Positions 8,909 through 20,084 of a DNA stretch of 64,000 nt are shown piece by piece (positions within the stretch are counted from its first letter, which is position 1; each line of letters opens with the position of its first letter). The stretch is from Yuukianura sp. NJ FZ-2021 (taxonomy: Eukaryota). A model generated the notes under the pieces. The model did not search any database. It was not told the DNA's origin and saw only the letters and a list, made by a program, of their open reading frames with translations. Made by a program: the position numbers and the translations under genes. The DNA lies in NCBI GenBank assembly GCA_046563655.1, contig CM102286.1, positions 10,106,001 through 10,170,000 on the forward strand, written 5' to 3'.

Positions 8909-11900
8909 GTTCATTTTACCCTTATCACTAATTACTCCTAATTAGAAATTCGTTCAGATTTTTAACTTGTCCCGAAATACGAATTCCGGGAGAAGTCGAA
9001 ATCCGACGTTACACGAACCAATCACAATTGAGCAGCAGTGCTGAGGCCATGTGTTGGCCTGATGGTTTCTTTAACTTTGAGGTCTGGTCAACATCTTTCC
9101 CCATGTCAAAAGTTCAAAAAGTGGTCGTAAATCTTTTAACCTTCTGGCCTCAGAAAAATGCTTTTTCCTTATGGAACCCATAAGGAATCCTAACAGTCAC
9201 TTTTTGACAGATGTGACCTCTTCTGATCCCGGATTTTAATTTCGCGCAAACAAGAGAACAACAATTTTAATCGTAACTGGGTTGAACCAGTTTTGGCTTT
9301 ATGAAGTTTTTGAAAAAAAAATTTATTTGGAAAATTCACCATATTCATTAATTACTCATTCTACCTGAGCAATTGTATTCTACATGACTTGTTGTCGGTC
9401 TGTCCGTCTGCCCGTCATTTTTGAAGTTAAAAATTTTGATTTTTTAAAATTGTGGGAAATATTGATAAAACTGCTTTATTATTATGTATGTCCGTGTGTC
9501 GGTTTGTCTGCTTGTCACTCACCCATTTGCGAATTTCAATTTTAATTTTCTCAAAAAAAATTTTTAATAAAAACTACTTTGTTGTTATATGTGTCTGTCT
9601 ATTCCTCCGTATGTCCTAATCAGTATGCCGTATCTTGGGCATAATAAACTAAGTAATTACATCTAAATTTGTCACTGTCTAATGTTGCTGACAATTACAT
9701 TAATTTAACTTAAACATGTCATTTAACTGTCGGTCTGTCCATCTGTCTGGCTCTGCTTTTCATATTGAATATGCTCAAATTCAAAAATAGTTTTAACTTA
9801 GTGGTTTTCAGGTTGCTAAGTTATTTTCCGGGATTCTGTGTAGGAGCCACCAGTGGGATGGCCCATAAGAACTACTGAAACAGCTGAAAGTGAGCGTTCA
9901 ATTGTAACAAGAGGTCATTCTACAATTGCTATCATAGTCTTCCAATCGTTATTACAACCTGCACATTTTACATCTTGTTTACGTTTGTCATCGAAGGTTG
10001 CACATTTATAAATCTGTAACTTGTTTTTAATTCTAGCAAGGTTGACGGTAGCTAATGCACAAGGCAATAACAACTTGAACTTTTCTCGCACCGATAACCG
10101 TGCAAGATAACCTTAAATCTAGAAGAGTTTTTAAAAAGTTAAAGTTTGACATCGATTCACTATAGGATTCCCGACACTTCGTAGGAGCACAAACTTACCA
10201 CCGGTCTAATGCCCCTTTTTTTAGGACTGTGAAACTACATCAAAATAAGATGACTTTTCTCCCTGACTTGTAGAATTAATGAAAACTGATTGTTTATTTT
10301 ACAAAGTGAACTAATTGATCATTTAAAGGTGATCTTACACTGATTTTCCTTAATTAATTGGAAAACCCTATCTCCTACCTATCTGCATGTATGAAACGAG
10401 AAAAGATTATAAAAGCCGCTTTGCCTCGTTTTCATTAAGAAGTGGAACACAAATGCGTGAATCATAGAATAACAAAAAGCAGCATAATACAGTATGTTTT
10501 AGGCAGGGTGAAATTTGTCTCGAATTGTCACCATGTCTTTTTTGGCATCCTGCCGAAAAACATCGTGCCAATTCGAAGCAAAGAACATTCTGACTTGGAT
10601 AGCAAAAGTACATTCTGCACTGTTTGCCATCATGTCATAAATACCTGGGGCAACGTGAGATTTGCAGGGGCAGAGGGTGGCTTACCTCCCTCATCATTTG
10701 TAATTGTAAGTTATTTTTAGCATCGCAGGAAGTTTGTAATTTTCTATTATTTTCCATAACCTTTTCGAATTTAACCACAATTTTGCTTCCGCGCCATTGA
10801 GTTAATAGCTTTTCCACAATCAGAATATCATTAAGCTTATTTAGTGTTTCTGTAAATACCATCCTAACTACTGATATAAGAATCACAAAAGAAATACTGC
10901 TAAGTTTCTGTTTTTATTGTTAATTCGTTAATCCCAGTTACCTCAAACTCGTTTGCTTCATTCTGATATTTATATACCTTAAATTATGATTTTATTATGT
11001 GTTTACTTTTTTGTTTTTATTTTAAATAAATAATTAAATTTTTTTAAATGCTAAGAAATGTGGAAATATTTCATGTTCGTTTTTTTTATCTGGCATTTCT
11101 GACGGGAGCATGCACTTCACTATAAATGTCCGTCTTTATACGGATTCTGCACTTTGAAATCAAACCGCCTTAAGACAACGTATTCAGCATAGCTCTAGTA
11201 AACCGTCGTTATCCACATCGTCCTCTTCCAATCCTTTATCAATTCCATTACTTTTAGTACTTGGACTTCAACGAAAAAGTGGTTGAAGTAAACTTTGCCT
11301 CCTCGTTGAATTGTATTGTACCCCTACAAAATTGATAAGTACAAATTTTAGTTGTCTTAGTTTAGTTAACTAATTGCACTCAGTAATTAACTTCAGTCAG
11401 TACAATTAGCATACCAGACTCATACATTGAGGGTAATTTTGGGTCGCCGAGCACTAAAATGCCCTAAAGGTTGAAAAATGTAAACTTAATTAACTAATCA
11501 CAATGAATAATTCACTTTAATTAGTACAATTAGGATATACGTGTAAAGTAATTTTTGGTTCCTGAACCTCAAAATCACATCAAAAACGTTGAAAAACGTA
11601 CACCTGAGAGGACCCCTGACGTAGGTGCGTCGTCTCACGTCGATGTCCAGTGGAGAAGCATCGTCTTCCTATATACCGGACGGTCTGGTTTCCCCAAATA
11701 GCCAAAAGCTCGCTCTAACTCTGAATAAACCCAATGATGCAACTCCGTGTGCTAACCCAACCCAATAACTAATCTTTATTCCCAAAACCAAGCCCTAACT
11801 ACGGTGAAACAACTCTGTCCGGACTTCCCCTACTAGAGATCCTACTCGGAGGACCTCCAGAAGAGTACTACCGTTCCGCAATACACGCACTTCCAACCAG

Positions 11901-12299
11901 TGCGTCTTTGGCCCACGGCCATAACCTCTTCTTCGTTTCCCATCTATCTCCTGTGAGGGATTTTCGCCCCGGGAAAATACCTCACATACACCCCCCATCC
12001 AGACAGAATTTTTTCAGCCATAGTCTGTTTACAAATCTAATTTTTGTTAGTAGTTAGTAAGTGATGTTTGAATGATTTAAAACTATTTTAGGAAACAATC
12101 GAGGAACACAGTAAATTAAAATATTGAGTCGAGATTCCGGATACAGAATAGAAATAGCTTATGACAATAATTTTAAATTTGAATCATAAGAAGACAATGC
12201 AGATATAATGGTTTTTCAATAGCACACTAAGATTAGGGCCACATTGAGGAATAAAAGATATCTGTGGAAATCAGTTTTGCATATTTTTATAATTACTAC

Positions 12300-13170
12300 A
12301 TCGGCAAGTGTTGAACAGCATATTCTTGGTAGAAGTAGATTGCGTGTACCAATAGCGGGAATGATATTCTGAGGCGATGGTTATGGTGAGATTTTCCTAG
12401 CGCCTTTGTAGAATGAGTTTCAGCCAGGTCGAGTTATGACAGTTATTTGTAATACACAAATGGTTGTAAGAGGAATCGCCATGCATCACTGAGTTGTGGC
12501 ATGTTGATATCATGCGAAGAAGAGAAATCCACGGTTGTTATTAAATCATTGAAGACTGGCAAGAAACTGCTGCCGGTTTCGTTGACGTGGGTTTTAAGTA
12601 TTTCCGAGTTGAATTTGGTAGAACATCCAGGAGAGCGGTAGGCATACATTAACATCTTGCAGTAGATGAACTGTAATCTGCAGTCAGTAATTTTCAAATT
12701 ATGAGTGGTCGTTAGTATTGTTCTTGCAGCATTTTATGTTAAAAGCAGTAATTATGTTACTATTAGTGAAAGCTCACAATTCAAATGTTAATTAGTCAAC
12801 TGATAAACTAGTTTGCATTGTTAGTGAAGGTTAGCATTGCTTTCGTTAACCATTTGTCAAAGTAGAGAACGGGGCCGATTAGAAATGAAAATCACTTCTT
12901 CTGTTTCAACGCTCAATCCTTTTACGGAATTAATCCTAGTTGGAAAAATGGTTAACTGAATATGTTTGGTAATAGTAAGTTGAATAGTGCAAACAGGTAG
13001 AGCAGGGCCGAGTGATACTTGTTGTAGTACCACTGTTTCAACACTCATTCCCAATTAAGGACCTGTTTCAATTTTTAGAAATGTGCATTCCATACTTATT
13101 TTAATCGCAACGTGTAGTAATGTTGAACTGTGCACAAGTTCAGCATAACTGCGTTCGTCGATAAGTTACT
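12300..13170 (-). pseudogene. Degenerate env-like remnant inside the small LTR element
   Basis: Fragment TRINSVKGLSV resembles env PNIDSVKGWLC, and TDCRLQFIYC..C resembles SDCPFDSNVC..C. Position before the PPT is the env slot. Broken by stops and shifts; boundaries approximate. Confidence 0.4.
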
Positions 13171-13634
13171 TATTAGGTATGGTAGGAGTAATGCTTGTGT
13201 GTGACAAGGCTTCATCGCCTTGCAGGTATAGGGCTTCCAACACTCTTGTCTTCGAGACAAGACACTATCGCCTTGCCTATGTCAACAACTTGTCGCACCT
13301 GCTCATCGGACAATCGCTCTGTATGACGAAGTACTTCTTAAAATCGGAGAAGGTGTGCCCACCCTATCCGTGTCATTGAACCTGTCATATTGTGTACCCT
13401 TTAAAAAGGGTATCTTCGGTTCATACTTGTTAGAAAAGTCACACTCAACATCAACAATTTGTCGCACCTTCTCTTCGAACAATCTCTCTGTATGAGGAAG
13501 TGCTACTTCTTTCTTATCTATTAACAATGGAAGAAGTGGCGGATTCGCAAGAAGAGAACCAGCCACTTCTTCGTAATCCCCGGCCGAGGAATGGATTGGT
13601 TTTGTAACATCTATTATGTAACATCGAGCCTGTG

Positions 13635-14162
13635 TTAAACCAGTCTTAGCAGGTCACTTTCCAAATCGGACATCAGAATAGGAAAGGTTGTCTTTCCAAT
13701 TGTAATTGCTTGTTTTTCAAGATCAATCTTCACTTGATGTTTTCGTAAAAAATCCATGCCTAATAATACTTTAATGGGACAATTTTCTACAACCAGCACC
13801 TCCTGAAAAGCCTGAAAATTTGGTAGAACAACGCTAATGGTGGCACGTCCTGCCGGTTGAATTTTAGTTGCACCTACGCCCGTCAGTGTGAAACTAGGAT
13901 TTAGTGTTTGAATCTGTGTTTTATCTATTAATGCCAAATCGATCAGCGAAGCTTGAGCTCCGGTGTCAAGAAGAATAAGGGTTTGTTTTTGATTCACTAA
14001 TCCGTGAACCCGGAGTAAATCAGCATTACCAACAGAAAGCGTGAATATGTCTACTGTGGAGCCTGGTATTGAGTGTTGAGAGAATTGATCAAGGGGTCCG
14101 TCTTTAGAACAGGTCGGTCCCCTTGAGTCGACCCGTTCCTTAGGTTTTTTAACACTTTGCAA
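13635..14162 (-). CDS. pro: Retroviral-like aspartic protease in the -1 frame relative to gag
   Basis: LLDTGAQASLI active site and VLLGMDFL motif. Overlaps the end of gag with an in-frame A AAA AAC slippery heptamer at 14150-14144. Confidence 0.9.
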   Translation of the reverse strand: MQSVKKPKERVDSRGPTCSKDGPLDQFSQHSIPGSTVDIFTLSVGNADLLRVHGLVNQKQTLILLDTGAQASLIDLALIDKTQIQTLNPSFTLTGVGATKIQPAGRATISVVLPNFQAFQEVLVVENCPIKVLLGMDFLRKHQVKIDLEKQAITIGKTTFPILMSDLESDLLRLV

Positions 14163-15287
14163 TCTTCAGTGTTATGTGTAGAACTTTTGTGGTGAGTGCA
14201 ATACTTCCCTGAACGAGCAGGGGTATCTTTTTGCCTCGTCATCCAACACGCCTCCGTAGAGTGTGTGGCGACATTATGATTGCGACAAAAAGTCTGGACT
14301 GTACAGGCGTTCGCCACATGACCTGGCCCCGCACATCTGTAACAAGTAAGTTGGGAACAGTTGGCCGCAATATGGCCCGGCTGTCCATATCGGTGGCACG
14401 TGATCTCTACTCGGCTGCGACCGGCGGGTTTCGCGACTGCCTGAGGTTGTGCGAACATATTCGCGTTTCTATACAAGTTGGGATCCTTTGTTAGAGTCGA
14501 ATCCAGGTTGAAGTGTTGGAGCGAGGTATTCAGCGATGGATGATTCACGGTCACCACCTGAACCATTGATGACCGTCGCTGATCAGCGTCCATTGCGGCT
14601 CTGTCCATGGCCTGTTCCAACGCAAACACATCTCTTTGATGTGTCAGCATTGAATTGGCCTCTTGGATTGTTTTTACCTATTTTAATAAATTCCGCCACC
14701 GTCTTCGGATTCAACAATGCCATCTGTTGTAGATATGATGGGCGCAAATTGCGAATCAAGTATTTAAGTTTTCTGGTTTCGGGTAGTTGTGGATCTAATT
14801 GTTGCAGAATGTTTAAAAGATCGTAGGTGTACGCTTCAATGGATTCGTCAACCTTTTGTTTCCGGCTTTGAGCCTTATCTTCTGCCGCAATGGAGTCGAC
14901 TATTCCGAATACCCGCAATAATTCATCCCTAAGTGGCTCATATACCACAATGACCTGAGCCTGGTTTGAAGTACGTCGCAATTGTTCTAAATAATTAACG
15001 AACCAATCTTCCGCTACCTTCTCCAGGTAAGCGGGGAAGAAAAGGCCCCATGTTGATTGAGGCAGCCTATTGGCCATGGCTGCCAATTCCCATTTTACAA
15101 GGAAGCGATGTACACATTCGGAATGCGTACCTCCAAACTTTGGAAACGGGACCGAAACCCGTTGTGGAAGGTTTGGTACAACTGCCGTGGTTGTGCCTTG
15201 CCCTGCAGACGAAGCAGCCGGATCGTTTTTAGCAGCCGAAGGAGCGGGTGTCAATGATGGTAAGGTAGGAGGAGGAGGGTTACTCAT
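14051..15287 (-). CDS. gag: Gypsy-type Gag (capsid plus four zinc-knuckle-like motifs), split by a 1-nt frameshift
   Basis: FPKFGG..YLEKVAEDWF and RKQKVDESIEAY capsid motifs, CYRCAGPGHVANAC knuckle. Deleting one base from the 5-nt run at 14671-14675 fuses the two ORFs. Confidence 0.88.
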
Positions 15288-15929
15288 GATGCTTATTGTT
15301 CTTAGATTCTAAGCGAAAGAAATGATCGTCTTATGCACATTAACATACAACAGTAAAATAAGCAAAAGAGATGCAAAACTAAAAATATCAATAAAAATGT
15401 AAGTAATTGGCTTTCTCACCCTCAAAAAGATCCCTGCTCAATAAATGTGTTATTGTCCTGTTGTTAAAGCGTGATGATTTTTAGCACTCTATTGGTTGAA
15501 ACTAGTAAAGAATAGACCCGATCCCGTTAATGGTACAAGAAATTGAAGTTGATGCCTCAGATTCCCCAACACGACTCCACTACTTCGCATCAAGCGTGTG
15601 GTATTTGAACGCCTCTCGTCTCTATCACTGTGGCTGGGCTCCGGTCATTAACCCCAATAGAGTGTGCAAAAGAAAATGATAGGATGCTGCACCACCCCAC
15701 CAGTGAACTTGCTACCTTAACACGTGTCGATGAAAATCCTTGAGGTTATTGCACTTTGTGCATTTACTCCCAGGATGATATTCCAAGGAAGGCCTACCGC
15801 GCGTGGCAATGCCCGCCATTTTGGAATGTACTATTATGCGTGCGAGATGAATCACCCCCCATCCCTCTACCACAGAAAAAAACTGCTGCCAAGCCACCCC
15901 CTTCCTTTCTACTATTGGGTCCCCTTTGA

Positions 15930-16046
15930 GGCCCGCCTCCGCGCATGCATTTAGTCTCCCTCGAAAATCTATGCCCCGCCTCTCCGTATGCATTTAGTCT
16001 CCCTTTACAGTCGATGCTCCGCCTCTCCCGATGTATTTAGTCTCTC
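15930..16046. repeat. Three imperfect ~43-bp tandem repeats in the element's 5' leader
   Basis: ccgcctc....atg(c/t)atttagtctc occurs three times. Confidence 0.8.
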
Positions 16047-19000
16047 CTGCTGAAAATACTAGTAGCAGTGCAACAGTAAACTAGTACCATCCGTCCTAAT
16101 TATTACTTTCTAACGTTTGTTTTAATTGGAAAACCAATGCAGGCCCGTTTTAAATTTAGTTTTGATACGTAAATCCATTCTCTCGTGTAGAATCATATCA
16201 ACAATTATGAAACCTGAGTTTGATATTGCGCAAAAGATGAGAGGTCTGAATGTCAGTAAAAATTTTAAATTGGAACACGGAAGAAAGTACGCCAATTAGA
16301 ATTTTAAGCTTAAGTTCAATTCGGAACATTAACATTACAATCGTTGTAGCATGGGCATAAGGCTTGATGTCCCAATCTACGTGTGATAATGTTTGTTCCT
16401 CGTCTGGAATTTTTAAATCTGAAAACAAAAGTGTATATTTTCTTCTTTCCTCCTTGAGAAGGAAGGAGAAAAAAAATTAAAATTACATTAATGAATTCGT
16501 TTTAGTTGTTAGTTTCCATACCAATTCCATAGAGTTGCCACAATCATTTAACTTATCCGACCAATAGACCAGTATAACGTGGGCCGGTATGACCGCCACA
16601 TTTGACCTCCCCTCCTCTCTTTTGTCCTCGAAAAAGATCCGGTTCGAATAGGACCAATATGAGAGGACCCTTGACGTAGGTGCGTCGTCTCACGTCGATG
16701 CCCAGTGGAGAAGCATCGTCTTCCTATATACCGGACGGTCTGGTTTCCCCAAATAGCCAAAAGCTCGCTCTAACTCTGAATAAACCCAATGATGCAACTC
16801 CGTGTGCTAACCCAACCCAATAACTAATCTTTATTCCCAAAACCAAGCCCTAACTACGGTGAAACAACTCTGTCCGGACTTCCCCTACTAGAGATCCTAC
16901 TCGGAGGACCTCCAGAAGAGTACTACCGTTCCGCAATACACGCACTTCCAACCAGTGCGTCTTTGGCCCACGGCCATAACCTCTTCTTGGTTTCCCATCT
17001 ATCTCCTGTGAGGGATTTTCGCCCCGGGAAAATACCTCACAACACCTACCGAAACTGTAATTGTAATTATTTGTAGTTAACTAATTACCATTAACAATTA
17101 ACATTAATTAATACAATATGAATTTTTAAGGTAATTTTGGGTCGCTCAACACAAAAATAACTTCACAAATAGAGTGTAATTAATCAATTAAAGTTATGTA
17201 TTAATCGCAATTAGTTAATTATGTTACGTTTCTCTACATTTTTGACGTCATTTTCGTGGTCAGCCACCCGAAAGCACCCTAACGTTTCTGATATGTTAAT
17301 CGTACTAATGAAAGTTAATTATTAATTGCAATTAGTTAATTAGGATTACGTTTTTAAAAGTTTTTTAAGGCTAAATTTGTATTCAGGGACAATTGAAACA
17401 CGTAATTATGAATTTTTAGCAATATGACCCCAGATGAGTTTTTGCAATCTTGAAGAATTTTAATTTTAATTACAATTTAATTAAGTTTTCTGCATCTCGG
17501 AAATTAAAAATGAGCTTCGAAAGTTTCCGACGATGATTGGGGATGTAAAAGTACAATGTATTTTGTGGGTAATACATCAGTGGATTCAACGTTTACTTCA
17601 ACCGTAGGAAACCACACACAAAGTGTTAAGTTCCCAAGTTTGAGTGAAAAACTCAATTCTCAGTCAAACTTCCACTCGAACTTATACTTTGACTTACCAC
17701 CACTTTGATTTTACAAAAATGAGGATATCCTCATTTTCCTAAGTCAAAGTAACAAGTAAAAGTTACTTTGATTGAAATACCAACTTATCCAATTAGTTCT
17801 GGAGGAGCAGACAATTAATTTAAAACGTGGCTCAAGAGAAGCTTTAACTTTTTTTCATTTCTTAGAAAGTAATTTAGGAGAACAGGTACTTGAATAAGGT
17901 AAGGGAGGAAGTGAAAGTCGAAGGAAATAACTAAAAGTGGAGAAAGTGGAAGGAGGAAGTCACTAGACTTTTCTTGATTAGCTTTTCCTAATTCTCAAAA
18001 AATGAAAAAGTGAGCGTGTAAAAATAACTTACAGACATTACTAATTAAAGTCCTCTTCCCTGTTTGCTTTCCTCCGTTTAGCTGTGGAGTGTTTTCCGTC
18101 TTTTCCAGTAGCGTCGCTTGCATCCGGATTCCGGAAGGTCCTCAGCAGAATTTCCAGACCATCCAGTGTACTCCTGTTATCAAAGCCATGGCCTTTACGT
18201 TGCAACAACAAAAGTCATGCCGGAAAATTGGGTTTACGGTAGTGCTAAAGTTTTGTAATTTATGTATTTTTTTATATTTATTTATTTAAAGTCACTGGAA
18301 AATGAAATATTGTAACTCTATTTCTTCTGGGCTTGGATCTTGACCATCTTCAAACAACCAGAGTCTCTATAATGTCTTCTTTGAAATGCCTAAAGCAATT
18401 AATGGCGCAAAACAAATTAGCGCATTACTCGATGCTGATTGGAGAAATTGTGTACTAACTTGAATCTTACTGTTGGTTATGAACTAATTCTTTGTCGTGC
18501 GTGCGTTAAAACTCGCGGCACTTGATGCCCTTCTGAATATGCTCTTTGGAGTACATAGTGACTGTGAGGTTGTTGGTGCTTGAGCGCAGGCCCCCTCGGA
18601 TGATGTGACCCTCTTAAGTGGCCACCAACGGATAAGCAACATAGCAACGCCATCAGTTCCGCGTCTTCCATAAACAGGTTGACTCGAACTTATCATTTTT
18701 CGGCATCCGCACATGAAAAGCATAAGCATACACTTGTTTAAAAAAAAAAGTTCTAGTCAACTACTCAATTAAACTTAAGATAAAATTCGTTGTTGATGCG
18801 AATATTTCGTTTTTACTGCAAGATCTTACAAAAGCACGTGGGATAGACTTCATTTGGTTTGAAACTGAAAAGTATTAGCTATAATCTGGTAGTTGAGTCA
18901 ATAATAGCTTTCACTCAAAAGCATTGAGATCAAAGATTGAATTGTGATTGTGATCTGCATCCAAACAATATGAAACAAGCATTGATAGACATCGAACCAC

Positions 19001-19689
19001 AGAAGGCTCTCAATGCCCTCGATTATAATCTTGTGCATACACTTGTTTTTTTTGTCTGCGTTTACACACAATATGGCTCTTAAAAGATCAACGGTACGCT
19101 CCCTTAAGTCGCTTTCCAAACCGGCACCCTTAGCTTTTTCACTTTAACTCTTGATTCCTCAATTCGACTTTAAAGTGGAATCAAAATTTCGAAAGAGGTA
19201 TGTAGGTTGTGAGGAATTTTGTGAAAATACATTAAGGTATTAATTCGAAATATTCGTAAGTTAACATACAGAGAAAGCTCAGAAGTGAAGCTTTATTGAA
19301 AAGTGCCATATGGTTTCGGCAGTGCACTTACTACGAATTTTTAGTCCAAAGCGACAAGCATGGGGTGCCATATGTCGCAGGAAGAAGATGGACACAGTTT
19401 CTGAATTCATTTGTGAAGTTCGATCCTCTCCTTTGCTCTGTTTCCTTTGATCTCTCGTCATTTGACGCCGACATCCGCATCCCTTTGACGACACTTTTAG
19501 GGCTGCAGAAATAGCACATGCGGAGGCTTATTTTCACTTGACAACAATGATCACTACAAAAACATGACTTGAACTAAACCTTTACATTTTAAGCCAAAAT
19601 TTTGAATGTAGAGAGACAACGACGAGCGTGATAATCTTGTGGCTATTCCACACGGTTATAGTTACAAAAGTTTATTGTTGAAGCGACTG

Positions 19690-20084
19690 AACTGACGAGG
19701 GAAACCCATTTACCTCTTGCCGAGCTTTTTTATTTCAATACTTTAGTCGTGTCCATACTGCAAAAAAATCGGTCGTAGTTTTAACTGCGAACGCCAGAGA
19801 AAAAGTATGTTTCGATTCGATCTCGAGTCCGACGCCGTATCAATAAAAAAAACGAATTTTTCTCCGAAATCCCATACGTAGAACGTAATTTAGGGCACCT
19901 AAAATTCGTCTTTTTCACTGATATACGGTGTGGGACGCGGGATCAAACCTCAAACCGGTATTCTATTTTTTGGAGTTGGCAGTTGAAAATACCACCAAAA
20001 ATTTTTTTTGCAATATCGAACAAGGCTGCATAATACTTAAATTAAAAAACTCGACGAGAGGTCAATGGGTTTCCCTCGTGAGTT
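19690..20084. mobile_element. Old palindromic MITE-like element
   Basis: acgagggaaacccatt at the left end pairs with aatgggtttccctcgt at the right. Imperfect complementarity continues inward to acgaatttt/aaaattcgt. Confidence 0.75.

Larger units (their letters stand above)
11605..17041 (-). mobile_element. Complete non-autonomous Ty3/gypsy-like LTR retrotransposon (gag-pro, env-like remnants, no RT/RH/IN)
   Basis: 382-bp TG..CA LTRs at 11605-11986 and 16660-17041 with 3 differences seen. 5-bp TSD ACACC (11600-11604, 17042-17046). PBS TGGTCCTATTCGAACCGGAT after the 5' LTR. PPT GGATGGGGGGTGTA before the 3' LTR. Confidence 0.92.
11340..17500. repeat. Degenerate AT-rich tandem repeat (unit very roughly 100-130 bp) interrupted by the LTR element
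   Basis: Recurring motifs ttagt(a)caattag and taatttt(t)gggtcgc..aaaat occur on both sides of the insertion (11340-11600 and 17050-17500). Boundaries approximate. Confidence 0.5.

Noticed and set aside
9880..10890. Small minus-strand Cys-containing ORFs
   Set aside because: Short, interrupted and with no recognisable family.
1..17041. Single giant element joining gag-pro to the env cluster
   Set aside because: The gag-pro element is closed by its own LTR pair and TSD, and its LTR differs from the one at 1-398.
18080..19560. Short minus-strand ORF fragments, possibly a decayed gene or transposase
   Set aside because: No consistent frame, splice model or diagnostic motif.
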